This document shows positions 29,065-43,887 of a stretch of DNA of 64,000 nt, piece by piece (the stretch's first letter is position 1; the number at the start of each line of letters is the position of its first letter). Position numbers and translations under genes: made by a program. The notes beneath the pieces were generated by a model. It did not search any database and was not told where the DNA came from. It saw only the letters and a list, made by a program, of their open reading frames with translations. This DNA comes from Octopus vulgaris (lineage: Eukaryota). The stretch covers positions 26,908,001 to 26,972,000 of the forward strand of contig OX597835.1 in assembly GCA_951406725.2 (NCBI GenBank), written 5' to 3'.

Positions 29065-29535
29065 TCTCTCTCTCAGACACACACACACATATATATATTC
29101 TATTTAATATATATTCGAATAAATATATGCTCAAAATCCACCGCCGTCCTCCCACACACCTATCGCCACCCCCAGCAGCCACCAGATACCAACCATCCAG
29201 CTACCCAACCACCTACCTGCACACATATCTTTTCTGAGAAGTTCCACATTCATTGCGTTTATTTTTAGAATCAAAAGTGTATTTGGTTCCATTAAATTCT
29301 TTAAATTCTATTAAATTCAATTCTCTCTCAGACACACACATATATATATTCTATTTAGTCTATATTCGAATTAATATATGCTCAAAATCCACCGCCGTCC
29401 TCCCACACACCTATCGCCACCCCCAACAGCCACCAGATCCCAGCCATCCAGCTACCCAACCACCTACCTACACACATATCTTTTCTGAGAAGTTTCACAT
29501 TCACTGCGTTTATTTTTAGAATCAAAAGTGTATTT
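29065..29535. repeat. Tandem duplication of a ~215-bp unit
   Basis: 29065-29284 and 29322-29535 are near-identical (GCTCAAAATCCACCGCCGTCCTCCC...GAATCAAAAGTGTATTT). Confidence 0.9.
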
Positions 29536-29731
29536 CGTTGCCTAGATCTAGCCGGTCGGTAAATTGTAGGACTTCCATCAGACATTTTCAGATCGACACA
29601 ATATGGCATTCATCTTCTCTCTCTTTCTGTTTTCTAAAGAAAGCATCTATCTATTGTAAATGGTTTCCTTTCATGTCGGCATATATATTATGTTGTGTTA
29701 TATCTAAGGTTACAAATAAAAAGTAACAAAC

Positions 29732-29858
29732 CGTATTCCCAGCAGTGATCCCAAGGCGAACCTGCCGACTTGAACATCGGCTTTACCAATTAAATGAAAC
29801 ATAGAACTATATTTCTTTGAATGGGATGTCGATTCCACAGGAATAATGGTTCATCAGG
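29732..29858 (-). CDS. Candidate exon (127 nt) containing a possible start codon at 29802
   Basis: Acceptor attataattacAG| and donor tacg|GTTTGT. MFHLIGKADVQVGRFALGSLLGI ends in phase 2, matching the 25177-25254 exon. Confidence 0.45.
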
Positions 29859-30086
29859 CTGTAATTATAATGGTAACATCCAAAGGAAAACGCGTTTGCA
29901 ACGTCTATTAAGAACAATAAACCATACTGCACAAGATTTCGATGCGATTATTATTATTATTATTGTTGTTGTTGTTGCCGCTGTTGTTGTTATCATCGTC
30001 GTCATCGTCGTCGTCATCATCATCATCGTAATCATCGTCATCGTCATCATCATCACCATCATCATCAGCATCATCAATTTCCTTGT

Positions 30087-30126
<40 letters not shown>

Positions 30127-30196
30127 GTTATTATTATCATTATTATTATTGGTTTACGTGCATGATATATGGTGTATTTGCTTGGCGTCTCCAGTC

Positions 30197-30271
<75 letters not shown>

Positions 30272-30432
30272 AGTCTGTGTTTCTGTATTTCTGTGTGTGT
30301 AAGTATATATACATATTACACATACGTATATATTTACAAATAGATATATGTATAATCATGCACAAATATATATCATACGCACACACATATAAATATATAC
30401 ATATGTACATGTATATACACATAGGCATACCA

Positions 30433-30468
<36 letters not shown>

Positions 30469-30542
30469 CATATGTGTATATATAAATGTTTGCATATGTC
30501 TGTATATATGTGTGCGTGTGTGTATACACACACACACACACA

Positions 30543-30575
<33 letters not shown>

Positions 30576-30734
30576 GCAAAAAGGCATAAAGCAATCACTG
30601 AATGTGTTCTTATGTAGCTTCGTAGTTGTATATTTGTTCAGTTATTGATGTTTCTGTGTTGATATTTAATATTAATCACAACAAACGAAACGACTACGAT
30701 GAAACGAATGAACCTATAGCATTGCCATGAATGC

Positions 30735-30767
30735 CGCCACCACCATCATCATCACCATCACCACCAC

Positions 30768-30808
<41 letters not shown>

Positions 30809-30846
30809 ACATCATCATCATCCTCATCACGACCACCACCATCATC

Positions 30847-30878
<32 letters not shown>

Positions 30879-30951
30879 CAATATCATCATCTCCACAACC
30901 ACCACGGTCATCATCATCATCATTACCACCACCATCATCATCATCATCCTC

Positions 30952-30997
<46 letters not shown>

Positions 30998-31064
30998 CCA
31001 TCATCATGATCATCATCAATATCATCATCACCACGACCACCACGGTCATCATCATCATCACCAT

Positions 31065-31099
<35 letters not shown>

Positions 31100-31119
31100 C
31101 CACCACCACCACCACCACC

Positions 31120-31153
<34 letters not shown>

Positions 31154-31652
31154 TCACCACCACCACCACCATCACATCACCATCATCATCATCATCATCA
31201 TCAACTTCACCGTCAACACAAACAAGTTCCCCGTCTTCATCCTCAACATCATCACCAAAATTTCGATCCTCACTAATCAAAATCATCATGATCATCATCG
31301 AAAACATCATCATCATTATCATTAGCAGCAGCAGCTGCAGTAACAGTGGCAATATCACCACCGCCGCCGCCGACCATCGTCGTCGTCGTCGTCGACATCA
31401 TAATCCTCCTCCTCATCATCATCATGACCATCGTAAACATTGTCACTACAACCGCCTAACCACCACCATCTCATCAAAACACCAGCCACGAAGCCATACT
31501 GCCTCAACCATCGACTCCAGCAATACCACCACCACCACCACCACCGTCACTACCACCACCACCACCACCATCATCATCATTACCTTGGTCAACGTTGTCG
31601 CGTTCACCAACACCACAACCACAACCAACGCTAGCACCATCACCATCCCCGC

Positions 31653-31689
<37 letters not shown>

Positions 31690-31870
31690 GTCGTCGTCAT
31701 CATCATCATAATGATCATTGTCATGACCATCATCATCATTATCATCATCACCATCATCATCACCCTCATCACCCTCATCATCATCATCATCATCGTCGTC
31801 GTCGTCGTCGTCGTCCTCATCATCATCATCACCACCATCATCATCATCATCATTATCATCACCACTACTA
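30735..31870. repeat. (CAT)n/(CAC)n compound microsatellite
   Basis: Seen directly. Confidence 0.95.
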
Positions 31871-32829
31871 AACAGTTGATTTTTCTCTCTTTTTCTCCTA
31901 TATTTATGAAGGAAAGAAAGGAACAAAAATAGGTGGGATTGGAGTGGGGGAGGCGAAGCATATATATAATATTATGTATTTCCTGTTACACTACGCTATG
32001 TCTGAAAAATAACATAAAATTGGTTGGGGTCAATTAATTGTCTCATTAATACGCTTGTTTTGTAAGGGCCAACATGTAGTGGATGTGTGGATAAACAACA
32101 GCATAAGCAAAAAAGGGAGGAGGAGGAGGAGGAGCAGGAGGAGCAGGAAGAGGCGGAGGTGGAGGTGGAGGAGGAGGTGGAGGAGGAGGAGGAGGAGGGT
32201 GTATAGGGGGCGGGGTGGAGAATGGGAGGAGGTGGATGAGGAGGAGGATGGGAGGAGGAGGACAAAGTAGAAGAAGAGGGGAGAGGAAGACGAGGAGGAG
32301 GAAAGGAAGAAGAAGAAGAAGAAGAAGAAGAAGAAGAAGAAGAAGAAGAAATCGATAAAATAAGTACCAGTCACGTACTGGAGTCGATTAATTAACCCCA
32401 CCCACCCCTCATCAAATTGCGCGCCTTGAGTCCTGCAACGAACCGATCCCGTTCGGAGAGGGTTGTGATCTTGATCACTTATAAACCACGGAAAATGGGT
32501 AACCGGTTTATGAGTCGTAGGGATCGAGATGAGAAACAAAAGGAATGCAAGGGAGATGGACAGATAGGAAAAGAACACAGGGTGAAAGACAAGGAGACTT
32601 GGAAAACCTCTCATCAGCCACGGAGATCCTGGATACAAGAACAGTTTCGGCGCGTTTAAAGTTTGAAGTTTCCACAATATTGTTCGTCTGGTTGCATACA
32701 TCACTACAAATATATAAAATATCACCGAAGTGTTAAGGAAACGACAACAAAATGAGAAAGATCAATAAAATATCATATATTCATGTTATATATACAGTAT
32801 ATTGTGTATTATTTATAAGGTGTACGGTG

Positions 32830-33214
32830 TTGAGCTGGCAGAAACGTTAGTTCGCCGGGCGAAATGTTTAGCGGTATCTCGTCTGTCCTTACGTTCTGAG
32901 TTCAAATTCCGCCGAGGTTGACTTTGCCTTTCATACTTTCGGGGTCGATGAAATAAGTAACAGTTGCGTAGTGGGGTCGATCTAATCGACTGCCCCCTCC
33001 CCAAAATTTTCGGGCGTTGTGCCTAGAATAGAAAAGATTATTTATAAGGAGTGGCAGAGTGGTAAGTAGCTTCACTACCAACTACATGGTTCCGGGTTCA
33101 GTCCCACTGCGTGGCACATTAGGTGAATGCCTTCTACTATATAGCCTCAGGACGACCAAAACCTTGTGAGTGGATTTGGTAGACGGAAACTGAAAGAAGC
33201 CAGTCGTATATATG

Positions 33215-33266
<52 letters not shown>

Positions 33267-33405
33267 GTGTGTTTGCTTCCAAACCACATGGTTCCGGGTT
33301 CAGTCCCAGTGCATGGCACCTTGGGCAAGTGTCTTCTACTCTAGCCTCGGGTCGACCAAAGCCATATGAGTGGATTTGGTAGACGGAAACTGAAAGAAGC
33401 CCGTC

Positions 33406-33468
<63 letters not shown>

Positions 33469-33705
33469 CGCGCGCGCGCGCGTGTGTGTGTGTCTGTGTG
33501 TGTCTGTGTTTGTCCCTGCAACATCGCCAGACAAACGATGCTGGTGTGTTTACATCCCCGTAACTTAGCGTTTCGGCAAAAGAGACCGATTGAATAAGTA
33601 CTAGACTTACACAGAATAAGTCCTGGGGTCAATTTGCTCTACTAAAGGCGGTACTACAGCATGGCCGCTGTCAAATGACTGAAACAAATAGAAGAATAAA
33701 AGAAT
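32830..33705 (+). mobile_element. SINE B followed by two tandem SINE A heads and one SINE A tail
   Basis: Family B at 32830-33040, family A heads at about 33048 and 33275, and the tail at 33500-33705. Confidence 0.85.
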
Positions 33706-33992
33706 ATATAATACATATATATATATATATATATATAATGTATATGTATATATGCATATATAATGCATATTATATAGATATGATATGTAATATGATTGAT
33801 AGTATATAAAATGTTAAATATAATATAAAGTTTTATTTAATATTATAGAAAATAACATAAAAGAAACTCAACAATAAAACAAAGTACAATAGAATATAAT
33901 GTGATATGATGCGATATTACACGATATTAATTTAACCTCCTTTATTTATCTTCACACCACCCTTATATCGCTTCACCGTTTTTAATCTTTAC

Positions 33993-34077
33993 CAAGCAGC
34001 TCCCTCACTCCCGACTCCACCGGAATTATATTTTCCCCATCCACCCAATTGATAACATGTCGCAGAGCCTACACAGC
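33993..34077 (-). other. Candidate exon (85 nt)
   Basis: Acceptor ..ctgccAG| and donor cttg|GTAAAG. The phase-1 frame GCVGSATCYQLGGWGKYNSGGVGSEGAA is open. Confidence 0.35.
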
Positions 34078-34127
34078 CTGGCAGTTTATCAAGTAAATGA
34101 GACACAGCGATGACAAACGAAAATAAG

Positions 34128-34171
<44 letters not shown>

Positions 34172-34511
34172 AAATATTTTGAAAAAGGAATATGTAAATA
34201 TGTTAATACAGCAAAAAAAAAAATGAAAGAAATAGGAAAAAATGATATAAAGAAAATTTTTAAGAAATTTCAAGAAAGGAAAAGGTGTCAGACGAGTGAC
34301 AAGGAACAAATGTCAAGACATTATCTTTGCTGTTGAAGTTTGGAAAAAAGTTCTTAGATATGGAACTGTGATATCCATGAAATACCCAAGAGAGAGGGGG
34401 GAGAAAGAGGAGAAGGGAAAAGAAGTGGTGGTGCAGAGAAAGGAAGTGTGTGTGTGCGATATGTATATATGTATGTATGAATGTATATATATATATATTG
34501 ATAGATAGATT

Positions 34512-34587
<76 letters not shown>

Positions 34588-34819
34588 AACATACATGCAC
34601 ACACATATATGTGTCTATGCATCAATGCATGCATGTATGTATACATGTATGTTTCCATATACAGATACATGTACGTGTGTTTATATATATATATATATAC
34701 ATACATATATATATGTATATATATGTGTGTGTGTGTGTGTGTATACACACATACATACACACAGACAGGAAGACAAATAGATGGACATATAGATAGATTA
34801 ATTGAAAGTTACATAAATA

Positions 34820-35220
<401 letters not shown>

Positions 35221-35329
35221 GCAACTACAAGTGTAACTTTAAGAAATTCTATAGAATTAGTAACTACAAGAGCACCAGCAATACCACCAGAGACAGGAGC
35301 AACAACAACAGCAGCAACAATAACAAGAA

Positions 35330-35563
35330 TATATTTCTTTATTACCCACAAGGGGCTAAACACAGAGAGGACAAACAAGGACAGACAAACGGATTAAGTC
35401 GATTACATCGACCCCAGTGCGTAACTGGTACTTAATTTATCGACCCCGAAAGGATGAAAGGCAAAATCGACCTCGGCGGAATTTGAACTCAGAACGTAAC
35501 GGCAGACGAAATACGGCTACACATTTCGCCCGGCGCGCTAACGTCTCTGCCAGCTCGCCGCCT
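35330..35563 (-). mobile_element. SINE family B, full length
   Basis: Reverse complement of the family B head and body. Confidence 0.9.
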
Positions 35564-36891
35564 TTTGATAATAATAACAATAATAAGAATAGCGACAGAA
35601 GAAGCAGTTTGTTCATGGAACCCATTTTTAAGTCAAAGAAAATATTCGAATTATCAATGTTGTTGCTGCTGCTGTTATTAAGCTTCAATTCAATCTTGAC
35701 TGAATTAAACACACACGAAATCCACCCATGACCATCTCGTATTTTTCTATAACTGCGTTGTGTAATGTAAACGTTTAAAGCAACATTGTGAGCTTTAAGG
35801 GGGCTTTCGCAGCTATTTCTACTGGGTCGATCAGCCACTGTATCGCTAGCAATTAAATTGACACCATCATAATTAAGTCAAACTAATAAATTATACTTAT
35901 GCAGTGAAGGGGAGAAATTTGCTTATAAATTAATAATCTATTTATTCTGATCTTGGTGATACAAGTTCCAGCCTTATTGATCCTCTTCGCCCCAATATAG
36001 CTTTCTCCATACTTGTTAGATTGGTGCTAAGATGATGATGTTATTCATGGACAATAATGTACAGGCGTAGCCATAAAATAATATCTTAATGTTTGATCAG
36101 TTAAATCTAACAGCTCCACATAATTTCCTTCTTTCTCAATCAGTCCATAAAAGTTTGATTATTTTACGAGATGACCGTCTCAAGACAAAAGCTGAACCTC
36201 AAAATAGGCAATATTATGAAAATAAAAAGACACGGAATCGAAAGTACAAAGGTAGTAAATAACATCATAAGAAAAGCTAAGAAGTTCCAAGATTTCGAGC
36301 ATAAAGCCCTTTGTCAAGAAAAAAGGAAAAAAGATCTTTTTCGTGACAACGGGTTTTATGCTCTCAGCTAAAACTCCTTTCATTTCCGAATGACATAATA
36401 TACTAGCTTTGTACATTTATTTCCTTCTTTTGTTTTCTTTTTCTTTCACATATCCTATTTTTAGATTTTTATTTTTATCGATACAGATCAAAAATCACAG
36501 ACTTCTCGGATTCTGGATTGCATGACAAGGGAAATACCTCTCATACGAATGTCTTAGGTTAAAAATATTTGCGAAACCTCATGCAGTTGAGTTGATAAAC
36601 TGGCGCAGTTTCAACAAAACGACCTCGCTTTGTTTTCGTTTCTCTTTGTTTTGTTTTTTGTTTTATGTTTTGTTTTGTTTTCTTTCTTTCTTTCACGTTA
36701 CAGAAGCCTTGAACATCAGTAAGAGCTGGCTTTCATAAATCAAGTTACTCAACTTCGGTCATTTATATAATTTTAGTATATGTAATTTGAACAGCATCAC
36801 ACAAAACGATGAATATAAAAATATTAGCAATGACCGAAGGAAGGAAATAGACGACCAATGGACGCCAGATTATAGGAAAGACGAAACTTTA

Positions 36892-36953
<62 letters not shown>

Positions 36954-37049
36954 CATCATTATTAACACCAACATCATTATCATTATCGTCGTCGTTATCA
37001 ACATCATCATCATCATCACTATTATTATTACTATTATTATTATTATTAA

Positions 37050-37118
<69 letters not shown>

Positions 37119-37182
37119 CATCATTATTAACACCAACATCATTATCATTATCGTCGTCGTTATCAACATCATCATCATCATC

Positions 37183-37219
<37 letters not shown>

Positions 37220-37256
37220 ATTATTATCATTATCATTATTGTTGTTGTTGTTGTTG

Positions 37257-37296
<40 letters not shown>

Positions 37297-38382
37297 CACT
37301 ACTATGAATGCTAATGGCCTGGTATGTTTACAAGAAATACATTTCTCGCCATGGTTAGTTTGCTGTTAATGTTACAGTTGTTGTTGTTGCTGTTGTTGTT
37401 GTTGTTGTTGTTGTTGCTGCTGCTGCTGCTGTTGATGTTTCTTTTAAGAATGTAAATGTCAAGATAAAAGTGAAAACACAGCCATTGAGAGAAGTTAAAG
37501 AAGAAATATAGAAATGAAATAAAAGATAAATGGAAAGAGGGAGAGGGGGAAGAAATATAATGAGGACATTAAGAGTGAGAAAGAGAGAGAGAGACAGAGA
37601 AAGAGAGACAGAGACAGAGAAAGGGAGAAAGAGAGACAGATAAAAAGAAGAAAATCTGTAGAAAAATAGTATAATTGAAGTCGGAAGAGAAATAGGAAAA
37701 TGGGGAATTGTGTATTTATGTGTAAAAGAAAGAGAGAAAGGGAAAGATGAGAGACAGAGTGAGAGTGAGGGAAGAGTGAGGGAATGAGAAAGATAAAGAG
37801 AGAGAGAGAGAGAAGAGTGAGGGAAGGAGAGAGATGAAAGAGTGTGTGTTTATGTGTAAAAGAAAGAGAGAAAGAGAGAGGTAGAGAAGAGTGGGGAAGG
37901 GGAAAGAGAAAGAGAGAAGAGTGAGGGAAAGAGAAAGATGAAAGAGTGTGTGTTTATGTGTAAAACAAAGAGAGAGAAAGAGGGGAGAGAAGAGTGAGGG
38001 AAGGAGAAAGAGAAAGAGAAAGAGAAGGATAGAGAAAGAGAAGAGTGAGGGAAAGAGAGAGATGAAAGAGTGTCTGTTTATGTGTAAAACAAAGAGAGAA
38101 AGAGAAAGAGAGAAAGAAAAGAGGGAAAGTGAGAGATGAAAGAGTGAGAGGGAGAAGTGGAAGGTAAAAGAGAAGAGGGAGGGAGGAAAGCGAAAAAGCT
38201 GGGAAAGAGTGAAAGATAGTAATGAGAGTGAGATAGAGGGAGAGAGACGGGAAGATAAAGATGGAAAGAGAGGGAGAGACGGAAAGAGGAAGAGAAAGAA
38301 AGAGAGAGAGTTGTAAAAGTGGGTGATAGAAAAGTTATGAATAAAATACAGAAGAGAATTACAGAGAAGGAATTTAATAACT

Positions 38383-38426
<44 letters not shown>

Positions 38427-38599
38427 CAGACAGAGACAGAAGCGGACAGAGGAGGAAGAGGAGATGGAAAGAGAGAGAGTGGGGGGGGGGGGGGAATAAA
38501 AGGAAAAAATTGGAAATGAATGAGAGAAGAGAAAGAGGAATAGAGAGTAAGCGAGGGGTCAGCGATATATGCAAAGCGAAAGAAAGAGAAAGGGAGAGA

Positions 38600-39500
38600 A
38601 AGAGGGAGAGAAAAAAGGAGAGTAAGCGAGAATAGAGGCAGATAAAAGTACAGAGAGGAGGAGAGAGAGAGAGAGAGAGAGAGAGAGGTGGAGAAAAATA
38701 AAGGGAATAAGAGAAAGGAGAAAGGGGGAGTAAACGAGAAAAAAGAGAGAGAGAAAGAGGGAGAGAGAAAAGGAGAGTAAGCGAAAATGGTGACAGATAA
38801 AAGTACAGAGTGGAAGAGAAAGAGAGAGAGGTGGAGAAAAATAGAGAGAATAAGAGAAAGGAGAAAGGGGGAGTAAACGAGAAAAGAGAGAGAGAGAAAG
38901 AGAGAGAGAGAAAAGGAGAGTAAGCGAAAATGGTGACAGATAAAAGTACAGAGTGGAAGAGAAAGAGAGAGAGGTGGAGAAAAATAGAGAGAATAAGAGA
39001 AAGGAGAAAGGGGGAGTAAACGAGAAAAGAGAGAGAGAGAAAGAGAGAGAGAGAAAAGGAGAGTAAGCGAAAATGGTGACAGATAAAAGTACAGAGTGGA
39101 AGAGAAAGAGAGAGAGGTGGAGAAAAATAGAGAGAATAAACGAGAAAGAGAAGAGAAAGGAGAAAGAGAAGGAGAGAGAGAGAAGAAAAGAAAGGGAGTA
39201 AGAAAAGAGAGAGAGAGAAAGAGAGAGAGAGAAAAGGAGAGTAAGCGAAAATGGTGACAGATAAAAGTACAGAGTGGAAGAGAAAGAGAGAGAGGTGGAG
39301 AAAAATAGAGAGAATAAGAGAAAGGAGAAAGGGGGAGTAAACGAGAAAAGAGAGAGAGAGAGAGAAAAGGAGAGTAAGCGAAAATGGTGACAGATAAAAG
39401 TACAAAGTGGAAGAGAAAGAGAGAGAGGTGGAGAAAAATAGAGAGAATAAGAGAAAGGAGAAAGGGGGAGTAAACGAGAAAAGAGAGAGAGAGAGAGAGA
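38600..39500. repeat. Purine-rich minisatellite (~130-180-bp unit, 5-6 copies) within a GA-rich tract spanning 37500-40900
   Basis: GGAGAGTAAGCGAAAATGGTGACAGATAAAAGTAC recurs near 38772, 38915, 39058, 39236 and 39369. Confidence 0.9.
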
Positions 39501-39604
39501 AATTCATTTAGAAAAAGAAAGAGTGGGAGAGGAGAGGAGGAGAGTAAGCTCGGAAAGAGGTAGGGAACAACAGAAAGAAAGAGAGAGAGCGGGAGAGAGA
39601 GAGA

Positions 39605-39641
<37 letters not shown>

Positions 39642-39751
39642 CAGTAGAAAGAGATTGAAAGATTGAATAAGGAAAAAGAAAGAGGGAGAATGAGGAAGAC
39701 AATAGAGAAAGAAAATGAAGGAGAAGATAAAAACGGAAGAAGAGAATGTTT

Positions 39752-40210
39752 TATCTTTTGCTTGCTTCGGTCATTAGACTGCGGCCATGCTGGAGCACCA
39801 CCTTTTAGAACTTTTAGTCAAATGAATCGCCCCTAGTACTTTGTTTGATAAGCCCGGTACTTATTCTATCGCACTCTTTTGTCGAAGCGCTGAGTTATTG
39901 GGACGTAAACAAACCAACGCCGGTTGTCAAGTGGTGGTGGTGGTGGTGGTGGGACAAATACAGACACAAAGATACACACAAATACACACAAACACACACA
40001 CACACATGTATACACACACACATACAAGCATATCTATATATACGACGGGCTTCTTTCAGTTTCCGTCTGCCAAATTCAGTAACCAAATCCACTCACATTG
40101 ACCTGAGGTTATAGTAGAAGACACTTGCCCAAGGTACCATGCAGTGGAACTGAATCAGGTGCCAAGTTGTTGGGAAGCAAACTTTTTGTCATACAGCCAC
40201 GCCTGCGCCT
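39752..40210 (-). mobile_element. SINE family A, full length
   Basis: Reverse complement of the head, internal microsatellite and tail. Confidence 0.85.
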
Positions 40211-40244
40211 ATATATAAAGAAAATGAAAATAATTGCTGGAGTA

Positions 40245-40295
<51 letters not shown>

Positions 40296-40339
40296 GAAGA
40301 GAGAGAAAGAGAAACAGACAGACAGACAGAGACAGAGGC

Positions 40340-40372
<33 letters not shown>

Positions 40373-40822
40373 ACGAGAGAGATAGAGACAGACAGATGAC
40401 AGAGGGATAGACAAACGGAAAAAGAGACAGCGACAGACAGAAAGAATACGAGAAAGAGAGAGAGAGAGAGACAAAGAAAGAGAGAGAGAGATCTAGAAGA
40501 TAAAGGAGGTAAAAACAGAGATAATATGAAGGACAAAAATGTTGAGAAACAGAGAGAGAGACAGACAGATTAGGAGAGAGACAGACAGAGACAGAGACAG
40601 AGACAGAGACGGAGAGGGAGAGAGTGAGAGAAAAAGAAAGAATAAGAGAGAAACAGACTGAAGTAAACAGAGAGAGAAGAAAGAAATTGTGCCAGGACGA
40701 AGAATTTGGAAGCATTAAAGAGGAAAGAGTTCAAAGATAAGAAGAGAAAGGTGATATGGAATCAAAGATACGAGAAATGGTAGATTAATATATAGGATGG
40801 AAGAAGAAAAAATGGCAGGAAG

Positions 40823-40859
<37 letters not shown>

Positions 40860-40991
40860 AGGCTAATAAAAAGAAGGTGGAATGGTCTAATAAAGAAGGA
40901 GGTGAGGGAGGATAGAAGAGGGTCGACTCCCCCGCTAAGGGGTGGATAGTCGAGGAAAATGTTAATAGAGAGCGATAGGTAACTGGCTGGC

Positions 40992-41140
<149 letters not shown>

Positions 41141-41443
41141 GGATGGATGGATAGATAGATAGGTAGATGGATGGATGGATAGATGGATTGATAGATTGAT
41201 TGGTTAAAAGATTGGTTGATTGATTGATTGATCCGTATATACCTTAATAGATACACAGATTAATACATAGGTAGATGTCTGATGTGATAGGCATGTAGGC
41301 ACGAATATATATTTATCTATGCATAAACATATATGAATAATAAAAATATAATATTATATATATATATATATGTGTATATATATGTGTATATATATGTCAA
41401 CAAAATCTTTATGGTTTCGTATACAGATTTGTTGTTTTTCTGC

Positions 41444-41525
<82 letters not shown>

Positions 41526-42030
41526 CATACATACATATATGGGTACAGGACGTCACAACCAGTGCAAATAGCATGAAATACGTAAACAAACAAGGGGAAG
41601 ATGAGTGAAATACGTGAACAAAGAGAAAAAATGGAAAACAGGACAAGTAAACACAGAGAAAAGACCCTTCATCAGTTGTCGGCTGTCATTCTACTCCTCA
41701 TTTCGAGCATTCAACGACAATATGAGTCTTGAAAGACAGTTGCTCCCATAAATTCTAAAATATAATTTTGGATTTTTATGGAGGGTCAAAGTTGGGAACA
41801 AAAAATGACATACATTGGAAACATACAAGGAAACCGAACGAAAACAAACATGGCTGGAGGTCGTTAGACCAGAACGAAAGGAAAATAATGAAAGCTGGGA
41901 GAAACATTTTTTGAAAGGGAAAAGATAAAAAGAAAACACGTCCGTTTCTTTAAATATCTGTGCAGGAAAAGAAAGATGGTCACGTGAAGAAAAGACAGAT
42001 GGACATATATATGAATACATACATACAAAC

Positions 42031-42128
<98 letters not shown>

Positions 42129-42139
42129 ATATACATATA

Positions 42140-42173
<34 letters not shown>

Positions 42174-42181
42174 CATACATA

Positions 42182-42217
<36 letters not shown>

Positions 42218-42669
42218 TATATGTGTGTGTGTGCGTGTGTATGTGTGTGTATACAGTGATACCTCGCAGTATATTTAGTTCAAATTTACGGAAAACAAAA
42301 GACGAAGACAGGTGAGAGGTGAGGGGACAACAAGCAGGTGTATTTGTTTAACGCTCGGGAAGAATGGAAAAGCCTTTGATGTTTCGAGCCTACGCTCTTC
42401 GACAGAAAGAATTGTGAAGAAAAAAATATGAAAACGAATAGAAAATGGAGAGAGAAAAATTATTAACGGTTCAACATGTTATAAATGTAAAGTGTGTGTG
42501 TGTTTCACCGCTTGACAACCTGTGTTGGTTTGTTTGCATCCTCATAAGTTCGGGGTTCGGCTTAAGAGACCAGTAGAATAAGTACTAGGTTTTTAAAAAA
42601 GATACTGGGGTCGATTTATTCTACTAAAAATTCTAATGACTGAAACAAGTAAAAGATAAACGAGGAAAA

Positions 42670-43465
42670 ATACACAAGCAAGAAAAAGGCTGTATAGATG
42701 TTAAATGTGATCCATACTGTTACATGGTGCAGAAACATGGAGATTGATGAAAATTCCATTTGGCATATTAGAAGCGTTTAAAATGTTGACATAAAAATGT
42801 TAAGAATGTCTTGGACAAAGCAGGAAACTAATGAAGAAGAGATAGAACTAGCAAATACTAAAGGATCATTGATCTCAACTGCTACAAAAAAAGAAAGAAG
42901 CTAAATTACTTTGGTCACATAGTAAGAGTACAATGTAAGGATAAAGACACTTTTCGGTCATGAATGACCATCGGATTGTACCTAGAAAGTTACCCTCCGA
43001 GGCACAGGTCCGTGCAAGGTTGTTTATGGAAGACCAGTAGTCACCCATGCATACCAGCCTCTCCACTCTATATCACTGAGGTTATCCAAGGGAAAGGCAA
43101 TGCTTGGCACCTGTGACGTCACAACTCATTTCTACAGCTGAGTGGACTGTGGCAACGTGAAATAAAGTGTTTTGCTCAAGAACACAACACGCAGCCCGAC
43201 AATACCTCAACAATACGACAAAACTACATGATTGTGAGCGCGATGATCTAACCACTGAGCCATGTGTTTTACAAGTACAATGTATACAAGTGTTATTTAC
43301 TAGAAAGAAAGATAAATAGCAAACGCTGGAGGGGAAGACTTAGAACAAACTGGTTTGATAACATCAAAGACTTGACAAAAAAAACTATCTAAAATGGTGA
43401 ATGTGTGACAATAGCAGAGAAAAGACCTGAAAGGGGATCCTTGATATTCAACCTGCCGGAATTAA
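42670..43465 (+). mobile_element. RTE-clade LINE 3' remnant interrupted by a SINE
   Basis: Translations SILLHGAETW, KMLRMSWT..TNEE, KLNYFGHIVR and RWRGRLRTNWFDNIKD match RTE ORF C-terminal motifs. A (GAT)n tail follows. Confidence 0.8.
42938..43273 (-). mobile_element. SINE family D with an 11-bp TSD
   Basis: TSD AGTACAATGTA at 42927-42937 and 43274-43284. Confidence 0.9.
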
Positions 43466-43887
43466 ATGATGTTGATGATGATGATGGTGGTGGTGGTGGT
43501 GGTGGTGGTGGTGGTGGTGATGATGGTGATATCACAGATATTGCTTTCAAATTCTGGCACAAGACCAGCGAATTCAGGGTGAGACTCCAATACTCAACTT
43601 ATTTATTTGTATCGACCCCCAAAATTATGTAAGACAAAATCGACCTTGGCGGCAATTGAAATCAGTACTTAAGGACGAAGGAAATGCTGCTTAGCATTTT
43701 GCCCAGCGCGGTAAGCGATTCTGCCATTATCCGCCGCCTTAAAATGCTGCAGACATTGAAGTGAAGTTTCATGAGCTGCTATGCGAAATTCTAGTGGTAA
43801 AATGAGGAAAACATGTACCTTGCAAAATGAACTAAAACGTCAGTGACGCGAACGACTTGATAGATTAGTCAATATAGCCTACATAGA

